NCBI GenBank assembly: GCA_964503755.1
Contig: CAZDBO010000001.1
Span: 13,933-77,932 of the forward strand
Reading direction: 5' to 3'
Source of the DNA: an uncultured Candidatus Saccharibacteria bacterium
GTDB taxonomy: Bacteria > Patescibacteriota > Dojkabacteria > JAOAGR01
Length of the DNA: 64,000 bases
Part shown: piece after piece, positions 20,141 through 29,991 of the stretch
How positions within the stretch are numbered: position 1 is the first letter of the stretch
Layout: every line of letters starts with the position of its first letter
The notes under the pieces: model-generated
Database searches by the model: none
Told to the model about the DNA's origin: nothing
Seen by the model: the letters and a program-made list of their open reading frames with translations, nothing else
Made by a program: the position numbers and the translations under genes

Positions 20141-21969
20141 TTAAGTCTGATTAAGTCTGGATTCTAACTTTAAGAAAAAATCTTCAATTTTTTTAGTCAT
20201 ACTTGTTATTTCATCATCTGTTTTACGTCCTCTAAATTCTTGTTTAATCTCTATAATACCTCTTTGTACTAAACCATCTTTTAATTCTAAAAAGGATGTA
20301 TATAACTCTTTCTTTCTACCTAATATCATTGAATACAGATTAATTATAAATTCTGTATCATCATCACTTGATAACACATTCCAAACATCAACAAATTCTC
20401 TAATAAAAGTCTCTGCATCCACGCAAAAGGGTATCCTTATTTTTTGCAGTTTATCGATATCTAATGATTAGATATATCTTTTTATTTCTTCATCTAAAAA
20501 TATAGAATGTTTATCTAAGACTAAATTAATATAGACTCTTCTATTGAATCCATTATTTTTATTTCTCCTAAAATCATCTACGTGCTCTAAATCTCCAACA
20601 AATACATTAAAAAAATTTTCAATCCTATCTAACATAGAAATAAAATTTCCTAAAGATTTGAATTTTTCTATTTCTATTATCACAGTAACTAGTTTTAATG
20701 CGTCATCATATGATAATGATAATTTTCTAATATTTAGAAACTCTTTTATTTTATTTACTTTATTTTGATCATAACCGACTTTTCTCCATAAATCTTACAA
20801 TGCTAGTAATGTTTTACCATCTATTTGATCTATTGGAACAACTTCTGCTATCCTTTTTTTCATTTCTTGAAAAGTTCTTGACGTAAGGCATGGATATATA
20901 AGATAACTTTTATCCAGACTAAGTTTTGTTAATAAATCCATACTGATAAGAACATAATCTTTCATATCTCCTATATCACCTTTGATTTTCGGATCATTTT
21001 GTTGTGTATAAAACAAATACTCAGGTTGTGCTAATGATAAATTTCCTGAAATTATGTAAGCTACTGTTTCATGCCTAAAATGATCAAATATTTCGATGCT
21101 ATGAATTGGTGTAGTCGGTAAACTATTTTCAAAAGATTTTCTATGAATATCACCTAAACACATCATATGCCAGAGTATATGATGAATTTCGTGTTGCAAT
21201 TCTAGGAATTCTTCTCTATTATATTTTCCATTTATTCTAATAAAACTAGGTGCGTATAGTCCTAAATAGGGCATAGCTGGCGTTAAACGCTGTCCAAATC
21301 GTTCTTCAACTAAATTATCAAATTTATCATCGGTTTCGATAATGAATAACCCAGGAATAGGTTCATATAAAACACATGTATTTTTCAAATTATTGTATAA
21401 ATCTACATCATCTTGCATTGTACATTGTAGTACATCATATAGAACATAATCATAGTAATCATAATCTTTTTTATTGAACCATGGATGTATACTCTTAAAA
21501 GAATATCAAGTTTATCATAGTCTGGAAATTCTTTTTGATATTCTTCTAATAGTTCTTTATTTCTTAATAATTTACCAGCTATCGTGGGAATAATACTTGC
21601 TACGAACAACTTTCTCAACTGATCAGGCATTTGATTTAATAATTTCTGTATTTCAGCATTTTTTTCTTTTCCAACAAATTCAGATAAATCAATGTTAGAA
21701 TTATCAGTTACAGAATCAGTTCTTAATTTAGTTCCAGATTCGATTCCAGACTCAGTCCTATACTCAGTTCATTGTTCGGTTTAAGATTCAATTCCAGACT
21801 CTAATTTGCTTTTTTGCTCTTTAAATCTTTCAATACAACAATTAATAATCCCTAAATAAAATAGTCCCGTAATTTCTGATATTTTTCTTAGTGCATTCCT
21901 ACGAGACTGTTCAGGCGATTTTCCTAATTCGTCTTCATTTCCTATATCAACTCGTCGAATAGCAAACAA
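20141..21969 (-). pseudogene. Disrupted gene for an HExxH-motif (zinc-metallopeptidase-like, ImmA/IrrE-like?) protein; five ORF fragments
   Basis: Fragments 21781-21969, 21403-21630, 20795-21418, 20468-20683 and 20141-20422 are co-linear. The last three share one frame separated only by TAA codons. A frameshift lies in a T-run near 21500, and an in-frame TGA and TAA lie near 21650-21780. HEIHH motif at about 21170. Confidence 0.55.
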
Positions 21970-22102
21970 ACCATCATCTTGTGCTTCAGGCTGTGAATGC
22001 AGACGATCATACCACCTTCTGTTATAAATCTTGATGTAGCTTATTACAACACATTAAATTTTAATTCAAATATTATAATTTAGATAATTTTACATATTTA
22101 TC

Positions 22103-22179
22103 TGGTCGGGGAGAGAGGACTTGAACCTCCGACCTCTTGGTCCCAAACCAAGCGTTCTAGCCAACTGAACTACTCCCCG
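22103..22179 (-). tRNA. tRNA-Pro (anticodon UGG)
   Basis: Reverse complement folds as acceptor CGGGGAG/CTCCCCG, D arm GTTC..GAAC, anticodon stem CTTGG/CCAAG with loop TTTGGGA, T arm AGGTC-GGAGG..., encoded CCA. Confidence 0.85.
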
Positions 22180-22260
22180 TCTGTACCTAATGATACCATA
22201 TCAATACCAATTCTTAAAAATTTTTAAGCATATTTATAGTTTATTTGGTATATTATACAA

Positions 22261-24099
22261 ATGAATAACTTTACATTTTCTACAGAATTAGAGTTAAGTG
22301 TTATTATTCACAGACTGAAAAAACTTTTTGAAATTTATAGAGAAATATCAGAAGATCTTTCTACAACAAAATTTTATCCTGCCATAATTTTCAATGAAGA
22401 TTTTTGGCGTAGTCCTTTTGAAAAGCAAAAGATTATTCTGATGCAAAATATCAATAGCTGGTTAGGATTGGAACCATCTAGATTTAGCTTTTTTTATATT
22501 GATGAAATGTACATTGATGTACTTTATTCACTAAAACTTTCAATGTTTTCTTATTCAAAAGTCTCATTCGAGACACTACTCAATGTGCTTACAATAAAAA
22601 CAAAATTTTCTATCACTGAATTTACAGATTTGGGTGAGCCTAATAATGCGAAAACTTTTATTAATAACCTAATTAGTAAAATTCAAAAGAATGAAGAAAA
22701 TACAAATTATCATAGTGATGTCTTTTATGAAATTTTATCTGAAAAAATGAACAATATAAACAAGAACAAAATTGAAGTTCTTTTAGTGTTTAAAGCCTGG
22801 AATACAACTGGACTTTTTAAAATTTTAGAAAATATAAAAAGCTTAAATACAGAAAATAAATCAAAATTATTTCAAATAGACATAATTTTATTTAAGTTCA
22901 AATTTTACTCCGTAAAAGAGGAAATTATTTCTATTATCAAATCTTATGAATCAGATTATATAAAAATAAACCTAGAAACGGTTTATGTTTTAGACTATAG
23001 TGTCAATACAACACGAAAATATGATTTGATATATTACGAATATTTATTTGGATTTTTACCTAGCGATGTTGTATTAAAATATTCAAACGTTTATTATTCG
23101 AAAAAAACGCGATTATCATATCTCAAAAAAACGCCATTATCAGAATCATTAAAAGATATTGCAAAAATACAAAATCCTCTAAATCCCAAAATAGAGAAGA
23201 GCAAATTTAGATACATAGCGAAAGAATCCATATGGACAACATATCAAAATCAAATAATATCTGAGCTTGTAGATACTCTTACGCCAATAGAAGGTGATAT
23301 ATATCAAGTATCCGTTACGTTACTCACGATATTTATAAAAACAATAGAATGCTTAGAGAAAAATGGAATTTTTATAATCTCTGATTATATAGATCTACCT
23401 AATGCGTATATAGATAACCTAAATATAGTTGATGATGTGGGTTATCAAGTATCTGTAGTAGACATGCAAGTAATAAACGAGATTGTGAAAAAAAATGATG
23501 AATATACAAAATATGAATTATTAGAGTTAACAGAGAATAAATTCATTTCTTATCATATATTTTTAAATAATGAAAAAAAGAATAAATTAATATTCTTTGA
23601 TGATCTATATCAATACTTTACAAAAGATATTTTATTTGGCAAAGAAATCTTTAATATAAAAAATTTTACCTTTTATGAAGAATTAAAAAAAGAGCTATCA
23701 CAAATAAAAAATCTTCAAAAAATAACTCTAAAACAATGGCCAATAATATCACAAATTATCTATAAAAATATTTTAATCAAAAAGTACAAAGATATATTAG
23801 AAAAATTGTCAAAAAAATATCAGATCCTGAAAGATTTAGAAATTGATACAGATAGAATCAACAACTTAAAAGATATCATATCGTTTAATATTTTTAATAA
23901 ATTTAAAAACGAATTAAAAGATAAAAAAAACGAAATCATCGTCATACCTCACAATGAAAATATATCTAAAGAATGGGATAATTTACTAAAAACATACAAT
24001 TTCAATCCAGATAAACTTTACAAATTACTCAAAAAATACACAAAGATTATTAATAAATATTCATGCAAACCCAAAAAAGTAATAATTAAAAAATTGTAG
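22261..24099 (+). CDS. Hypothetical protein, 612 aa, Lys/Asn/Ile-rich
   Basis: Long ORF, no recognisable motif. Adjacent to tRNA-Pro. Confidence 0.45.
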   Translation: MNNFTFSTELELSVIIHRLKKLFEIYREISEDLSTTKFYPAIIFNEDFWRSPFEKQKIILMQNINSWLGLEPSRFSFFYIDEMYIDVLYSLKLSMFSYSKVSFETLLNVLTIKTKFSITEFTDLGEPNNAKTFINNLISKIQKNEENTNYHSDVFYEILSEKMNNINKNKIEVLLVFKAWNTTGLFKILENIKSLNTENKSKLFQIDIILFKFKFYSVKEEIISIIKSYESDYIKINLETVYVLDYSVNTTRKYDLIYYEYLFGFLPSDVVLKYSNVYYSKKTRLSYLKKTPLSESLKDIAKIQNPLNPKIEKSKFRYIAKESIWTTYQNQIISELVDTLTPIEGDIYQVSVTLLTIFIKTIECLEKNGIFIISDYIDLPNAYIDNLNIVDDVGYQVSVVDMQVINEIVKKNDEYTKYELLELTENKFISYHIFLNNEKKNKLIFFDDLYQYFTKDILFGKEIFNIKNFTFYEELKKELSQIKNLQKITLKQWPIISQIIYKNILIKKYKDILEKLSKKYQILKDLEIDTDRINNLKDIISFNIFNKFKNELKDKKNEIIVIPHNENISKEWDNLLKTYNFNPDKLYKLLKKYTKIINKYSCKPKKVIIKKL

Positions 24100-24263
24100 T
24101 AAAAATTGCTTCAAATGGTTAAATAATAAATTCTGAAAATATTAAGATGAAAAGTTTAATTTAATATTGAATAAGTTTCATTCAATTCATTATAAGAATG
24201 AATTAATTATTATCAGAAGGTTTAATTAATCAGATATTCATGCAGATAACGTATGAAAGCAAA

Positions 24264-26024
24264 TCAGATGGAAAAATAATAATTTTTATTAATCTTAGGC
24301 ACATAAAATATAATCATCAAAAATGTTGTTAAAAATAACACATTTATAAATAGATAAAAAAATAATATTACTAAGAAATAAAAATTTGGTTTTATTAATA
24401 CTTTCTCTTTATGTTGATCTAAGATTTCAAGTTCTGAATCAGTATTTTTAATCTCTATATTTATCAGTTCAAATCTTTCTTGATATATTATTTCCCCTAT
24501 TTCTACTATTATTTCCTCTGATTGAAAAGGAAACATAAAAACATTTCGGTATTCAAATGTTTTATCACCAAGTTTTATAATTATTGTCAAATTTTTGTGT
24601 ATCTTTCCAGATATATTTTCTATGCTAACTATGAATTGATTTTTATTTATTTTATCTTCAGTAATCTGATATTCAAAAGATTGATCATTTTTATTATTTA
24701 TCTCTCGAATAGGTAAAACGCGTATTTTATCTGCAATCAAAAAGAAATTACGTACATTATTTTCCCACACTCTAAAATCCCCAAATTTGACATGAGTATA
24801 TGTCAGTCTATCTATATAATAACTGCCCTCAGATGTAAAATACCATACTGGATTGACGCTTACCCATCTATCTTGTATCCAAACTTCACTCCAGATAAAT
24901 GGTATTACTTTTATTTCCTCATCTCGAAATGGTGTTATTGGATAAACAAAACCATAACTACCTCGGGTTGTATATCCCAATTTTTCCATTTCATCACGAA
25001 ATATAAAATTTAGTATAAAAGGATTTACTTTATTTTCCCCATATTGGTCTCGAAATGTTTTTGAAAGAATATCAGTATTAGCAGCAATATTGATATCAAT
25101 CAGTTCTAATGTTTGGTAAAGTTTTTGTAAAACATTTTCTATATCTACCAAATCATTTTTAGCTAAATTTTCTTGATTATTGCGTGTTCTGATAGGATCT
25201 ACTTTTTCAAAAACTCTATCATAAGCTGATGATGTAAAGATATATCCTTCTACCTCATCATTTTGCCTCAAAGTTATATTTTCATTATCATCTATTGTAT
25301 TATTTTCGATCTCTGGAAACTTTGTATAAATAACATTTTGATAAGAATTTTCTACAGGTAAGGAAAATTTTGCATCTGATAATTCATTTTTATAATAAAA
25401 TGAATAGTTCTGTTTATCACCAAATAAAGCAACTATATTTTTAGTATTTACAATATCTCTAGTAATTTTTATATTTGTATAATCATTTTCTGTATTTACT
25501 AAATAACTTTTTGAAAAAACATGAGCCAGTTCTCCAAATTTAATAGGAACTCTAATATTTATTTCAAAATTATCGAAAGAATTATTTAGATCAAAATTCG
25601 GTATAATAAGTGCATATTGTGATCCATGTTCATAAAAAGCAGAATCAATATTCATACTTACACTCCAATCAAATCCCGCATTCAAACCTATTAATCCATC
25701 AGTAAACTCAATTGCAATTTCATAATTATTATTTTCATTTTTTACTAAATCTATAATTTTTATACCAACATCTTTTGATGATGCATTGATATTTTTTGGC
25801 TCAAAAGGTACTTCTAGACGAAATAATCGTATTAATGTATTTTCTCTCAGATTAATTGTTTTTACATCTATACGTAGTTCTACGTTTTTATCATCTTTAA
25901 CATTATAGTATGCAACTGCTTCATGAGAATATTCTTTTTCTGCAAATACGGTATTAAATTTCGATATAAAAAAAAGGCAGAAGAATATAAATAACAATAA
26001 AAAAATGTATCTTCTCACTTTCAT
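24264..26024 (-). CDS. Secreted/anchored hypothetical protein (N-terminal signal, C-terminal TM)
   Basis: Signal-like N-terminus and C-terminal hydrophobic anchor. No catalytic motif recognised. Confidence 0.45.
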   Translation of the reverse strand: MKVRRYIFLLLFIFFCLFFISKFNTVFAEKEYSHEAVAYYNVKDDKNVELRIDVKTINLRENTLIRLFRLEVPFEPKNINASSKDVGIKIIDLVKNENNNYEIAIEFTDGLIGLNAGFDWSVSMNIDSAFYEHGSQYALIIPNFDLNNSFDNFEINIRVPIKFGELAHVFSKSYLVNTENDYTNIKITRDIVNTKNIVALFGDKQNYSFYYKNELSDAKFSLPVENSYQNVIYTKFPEIENNTIDDNENITLRQNDEVEGYIFTSSAYDRVFEKVDPIRTRNNQENLAKNDLVDIENVLQKLYQTLELIDINIAANTDILSKTFRDQYGENKVNPFILNFIFRDEMEKLGYTTRGSYGFVYPITPFRDEEIKVIPFIWSEVWIQDRWVSVNPVWYFTSEGSYYIDRLTYTHVKFGDFRVWENNVRNFFLIADKIRVLPIREINNKNDQSFEYQITEDKINKNQFIVSIENISGKIHKNLTIIIKLGDKTFEYRNVFMFPFQSEEIIVEIGEIIYQERFELINIEIKNTDSELEILDQHKEKVLIKPNFYFLVILFFYLFINVLFLTTFLMIIFYVPKINKNYYFSI

Positions 26025-26818
26025 TATATAGTAAAAATTAGTAATGAAATCAATAAAAGTAAAGTATATAGCTGCAAAAATAAGTCTATATTTAATTTTT
26101 TATGTATAAATGCAAAAAATAAAAGATAAGAAAATAAAAAAAGAACAAATTCTATTATAGTATTTACTATTAAATTCTTTGTAAAAAGATTAATAAAAAC
26201 AAAAACCAAAAAGATTACAGTCACTACAGACAAAAAAATGTTTATATAATCTAGTCTATTTTCTCTATACAATCTTATCAAAAAATAAATGAAAGCTATG
26301 CAATAAACAATAATGAAATAATGATCTAAAGTAGAAAAATTTATGCTAATAAAAAAACTAAATCCTAAAAATATCAAATATATGCTCCAAAATTTATAAC
26401 TTACCTCAATGCTATGCATTGGATGAAATTTAATATCTCCAAAATGAATACTTTTTTCTTTTTTATGAATCAAGAAATATAGATAGAAAGAATATATTAT
26501 CGAATTTAATATAATAAAAACTAGATTAATAAAATAAGTTTCAACACTCAAAATAAAAAAACTTATTCCTAAAAACGTAAAAAGAGTATAAATCATATGT
26601 TCAACTAAAAATTGTCTATGCTTAAATACATTGTAGTTTATTAAAAATCGAGAAGTAAAATAAAACTCAACTATATTGATTAAAATTACCAATAATATTA
26701 ATAAATAATTGTGTGTAAATCTAAAAATTTCCAATATATACAATAGTAAAAATGATTGGATAAATCCATAAAAAACAGACCTTAAAAGCTTTTTATTTGT
26801 AATAATTTTAATGCACAT
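26024..26818 (-). CDS. Polytopic membrane protein, hypothetical
   Basis: Multiple hydrophobic helices. Overlaps the downstream gene by 1 nt, so probably an operon. Confidence 0.4.
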   Translation of the reverse strand: MCIKIITNKKLLRSVFYGFIQSFLLLYILEIFRFTHNYLLILLVILINIVEFYFTSRFLINYNVFKHRQFLVEHMIYTLFTFLGISFFILSVETYFINLVFIILNSIIYSFYLYFLIHKKEKSIHFGDIKFHPMHSIEVSYKFWSIYLIFLGFSFFISINFSTLDHYFIIVYCIAFIYFLIRLYRENRLDYINIFLSVVTVIFLVFVFINLFTKNLIVNTIIEFVLFLFSYLLFFAFIHKKLNIDLFLQLYTLLLLISLLIFTI

Positions 26819-26878
26819 TTTTCTAATTATTCTATTGTATTAAAAATATATTAGAACAAATAGTAGGGAATATGGAAA

Positions 26879-26942
26879 AGTGGATAATCCTTATTTTTGT
26901 AGTTTAGAATTTAGTTAATAGATGTTTAATTATTGTGGAAAA
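26879..26942. promoter_or_regulatory. Two DnaA-box-like 9-mers in an AT-rich intergenic region upstream of dnaN (candidate oriC)
   Basis: AGTGGATAA (26879-26887) and TGTGGAAAA (26934-26942) each match TGTGGATAA at 8/9 positions. They sit in a 380-bp AT-rich spacer immediately 5' of dnaN. Confidence 0.3.
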
Positions 26943-27200
26943 TTAGTTGGTATTAGATAAATTACTTATCGAGTTTTATTTATTTAAAAAGATTTATGGT
27001 GTGTAAAAAAAATGAATTTGATCATGCATACTGATAAAAAAATTCACATGAATTTTTCTTATCATAAAAAGAATATTTTGAAATTTATTTCTATACTAAG
27101 ACAAACATGTATGGAAAACTAGTAATATATTTGATAATTTTTCGACATGAGCGTTTATTTGTGAAATATTTGTAACATATTATTGATAAATGTGTGATTA

Positions 27201-28364
27201 ATGTATAATCATGATATGAAACTAGAAGTAAATAAATCAATATTACAAAAATCTCTATCTACAGTAATAAAAGCAGTAAGTTCAAAACCGACACTAGATG
27301 TACTTCGCAATCTTGCTATCGAAGCAAAGGATGGTATTTTAAAAATCTATGCCACAGATCTAGAGATTGCTATAACGACTTATATAGGAGCAGACATCGA
27401 ACAGAAAGGAAAACTTACGGTAAATGCAAAAATGTTTACCGAATTCGTATCTTTTTTACCAGATGATAATGTTTTCATTTATAAAGAAGAAAATGAACTT
27501 GTTGTTTCATGTGGAAAAGTTAAGTCAAAATTTTCTATCATTGACTTTGATGAGTACCCAATAATACCTCAGTTGGATGGTAATAGTGTTTTACTTTACG
27601 AATTTAATGTCAACCAGTTAAGTGAGGGATTATCTAAAACATTGTTTGCACTAGATAGAACAGGCATTTCTCAACCGGTATTTTCAGGTGTATTTTTTGA
27701 ATACGATAATGAACGTATTAATCTAGTTTCATCAGATAGATTTAGACTGTCAAAATATTCGTTTGTACCTAGATCTATCAGTGCAAAGGATAATTTTAAT
27801 CCTATTATCCACTATTTTACATTAGAAAATCTGTATAAAATTATGCAAGATAATGATGATGTAGATGTAGTGCAAGTTTTTCTAAATGGAAACAGACAAT
27901 TAATATTTAAAATAGGTAAAACTGAGATAAGTTCTGGGGTCATTGATGGTGAATTCCCGAACTATAAAAGTTTAATACCGGATCAAGTAATCAATACATA
28001 CAAAATTAATGTCAATGAACTTAGAAATGCGGTCAAAATATCTAACGTATTTGGCAGACAAGAAGATGCCGTTAGATTAAATTTTTATAGCCAATCAGGT
28101 ACTAATAAGCTAAAAATAAGTGCTAGAGTTCCAGATACAGGTGAGTATGAAATAGAATTAGAAATTGAAAAAATAGAATATAATGAAAATCTGAATATTT
28201 ACTTTAAACCTCGAGGGATTCTTGATATTTTGGATCATGTAAATACCGAAAATGTAATAATAGATGTTGTAAAACATCCACGACTAGGTTCTGAACTTTT
28301 TATATTAAAAGAAGAAGAAAATGAAAATTTCCAACATTTGATTACACCGCTTGCTAATAATTAA
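27201..28364 (+). CDS. dnaN: DNA polymerase III beta sliding clamp
   Basis: N-terminus MKLEVNKSILQKSLSTVIKAVSSKPTLDVLRNLAIEA... typical of DnaN. Three-domain length of 387 aa. Confidence 0.85.
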   Translation: MYNHDMKLEVNKSILQKSLSTVIKAVSSKPTLDVLRNLAIEAKDGILKIYATDLEIAITTYIGADIEQKGKLTVNAKMFTEFVSFLPDDNVFIYKEENELVVSCGKVKSKFSIIDFDEYPIIPQLDGNSVLLYEFNVNQLSEGLSKTLFALDRTGISQPVFSGVFFEYDNERINLVSSDRFRLSKYSFVPRSISAKDNFNPIIHYFTLENLYKIMQDNDDVDVVQVFLNGNRQLIFKIGKTEISSGVIDGEFPNYKSLIPDQVINTYKINVNELRNAVKISNVFGRQEDAVRLNFYSQSGTNKLKISARVPDTGEYEIELEIEKIEYNENLNIYFKPRGILDILDHVNTENVIIDVVKHPRLGSELFILKEEENENFQHLITPLANN

Positions 28365-28417
28365 AGTATCATCTACTAATTACATATTTTTATGTTTAAT
28401 TATGTTAAAATATATGT

Positions 28418-29680
28418 ATGGTCAAGGATAATACACGTAAAATATTGATATTTATCAATTTTTCTCTACTTTTGTCGGTATTAACTGTTGCATTTTTTAT
28501 CGCGTATATAATTAATTCATTATCTTACTCAACAAATGCAGTTTCAAAAAATGTATATGTTATTCCTTCATTTCCTATAGATAAGGTCAATAAAGTTTTT
28601 GAAAAAGCAAAAATAGCAAATCAGAATCTATCTACTATAATCACTACAGGGATAGAAATTGACACCGAAACAAGACAGAATTTTTACGAATTATTAAAAT
28701 ATAATAATACTTACGGTTATTTTATGCTAGCAGGTATTCAGGATAATTCGCCGGTTAAATTTTATTCTATTGATGAAATGCAAGCAAAACAAATTATAAA
28801 TCCTGGTCATGAAGACAGTTTAATTCGATTAAAACTTTTATTTGATTATTTTGCCAAACAGACAGAGTCAAAGGTAAGAGGAAAGGATTTATATCTTCCT
28901 CATATTGGAATAAAATTTTATTCAGGTGAGACTTTTGAAATTTTAAATAACTATGGTGCACCTAGTAAATCTATAACTTTAGATGAGGATATAACTATTG
29001 AAATAAATAAATTGCTTTATAAAGATGGATATATTTATGTCACTCCATCAAATACTTATTCTAGGGACGCATATAGGTCTAGTCCCAATGATTTATTTAT
29101 TAAAATAAGTTTAGATAAGGCTATTGAACGATTGAGTAATGTTACAAAAGCAAGTACTGTAATGGCAGATCTTATTTACTATTGGGCGAAAATGAAAAAC
29201 ATACAAGCGGGAGAATATTTTTCAAGAAATAATTATGGTTATATAGAAGATAAAGTTTATTTATACAAAGTTTTAGGACTTGATGATAATAATTATGATA
29301 AATATGTTTATGGAGGAGCTCTAGTGGGAGGAGTAGACTCATTTGTAAGAGCGGGTGGGGTTTGTTTTTATGCGACTCTTTGGAGTACAAATTTAATCAT
29401 GGGATTAGACACATTTAATCTGGATTATAAGATTGAACATCTTGAAAAACATAACAGAGTATGGATTAGATATATGCCTAAAACAGTATGGCCATATATA
29501 CAGGATTCTTGGGATTATTATGATGTGTCTGTATTTTATAATCCTTCGTTAGGTGGTTTTGGACTGACTTTGCAGATGCCAGAAAATGTAGGTGCTAATA
29601 TTCGTTCTAAAGTATTATATGCTGATGAACAAACGGGAAGGCTGATTATTAATATGGAGTTTGAGCCTGTTTATAAGTAA
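28418..29680 (+). CDS. Hypothetical exported protein with N-terminal TM anchor
   Basis: ORF with signal-anchor. No recognisable motif. Confidence 0.4.
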   Translation: MVKDNTRKILIFINFSLLLSVLTVAFFIAYIINSLSYSTNAVSKNVYVIPSFPIDKVNKVFEKAKIANQNLSTIITTGIEIDTETRQNFYELLKYNNTYGYFMLAGIQDNSPVKFYSIDEMQAKQIINPGHEDSLIRLKLLFDYFAKQTESKVRGKDLYLPHIGIKFYSGETFEILNNYGAPSKSITLDEDITIEINKLLYKDGYIYVTPSNTYSRDAYRSSPNDLFIKISLDKAIERLSNVTKASTVMADLIYYWAKMKNIQAGEYFSRNNYGYIEDKVYLYKVLGLDDNNYDKYVYGGALVGGVDSFVRAGGVCFYATLWSTNLIMGLDTFNLDYKIEHLEKHNRVWIRYMPKTVWPYIQDSWDYYDVSVFYNPSLGGFGLTLQMPENVGANIRSKVLYADEQTGRLIINMEFEPVYK

Positions 29681-29991
29681 AATTTTCAGAATACTTTAAA
29701 TTTTCATTTATCAGATTTTTATTTAAATTTTATTTTCATTACTAGGGTTGATTGTATTTAAATTAATATATAATCAAATATTTGCTGAAAATATTTAGGA
29801 TGTTGAAAAATTAATAATTTTGAATCAATTTTTTTAATCTTGTATTCGTTAAGAAATTTATAATGTGATTGTTGTTTATAATTCATTTTTGTAAATATAT
29901 TTATGAATATTAATTAACAACATAATCTATGAGCACAAGAGAACAAACTTATATAAACAAAAACTTTCATACAAATTCTGAAAATTATTTT

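Noticed and set aside
20141-21418. Possibility that in-frame TAA codons are read through or reassigned, making one roughly 520-aa protein
   Set aside because: Every intact gene in the window terminates with TAA/TAG/TGA normally, so there is no evidence of stop reassignment. Pseudogenisation is the parsimonious explanation.
21700-21800. Short direct repeats (gattccagactc / aattccagactc) resembling a mini-array
   Set aside because: Only two to three imperfect copies lie inside a pseudogene fragment (encoding repeated ESGIES). This is not CRISPR-like.
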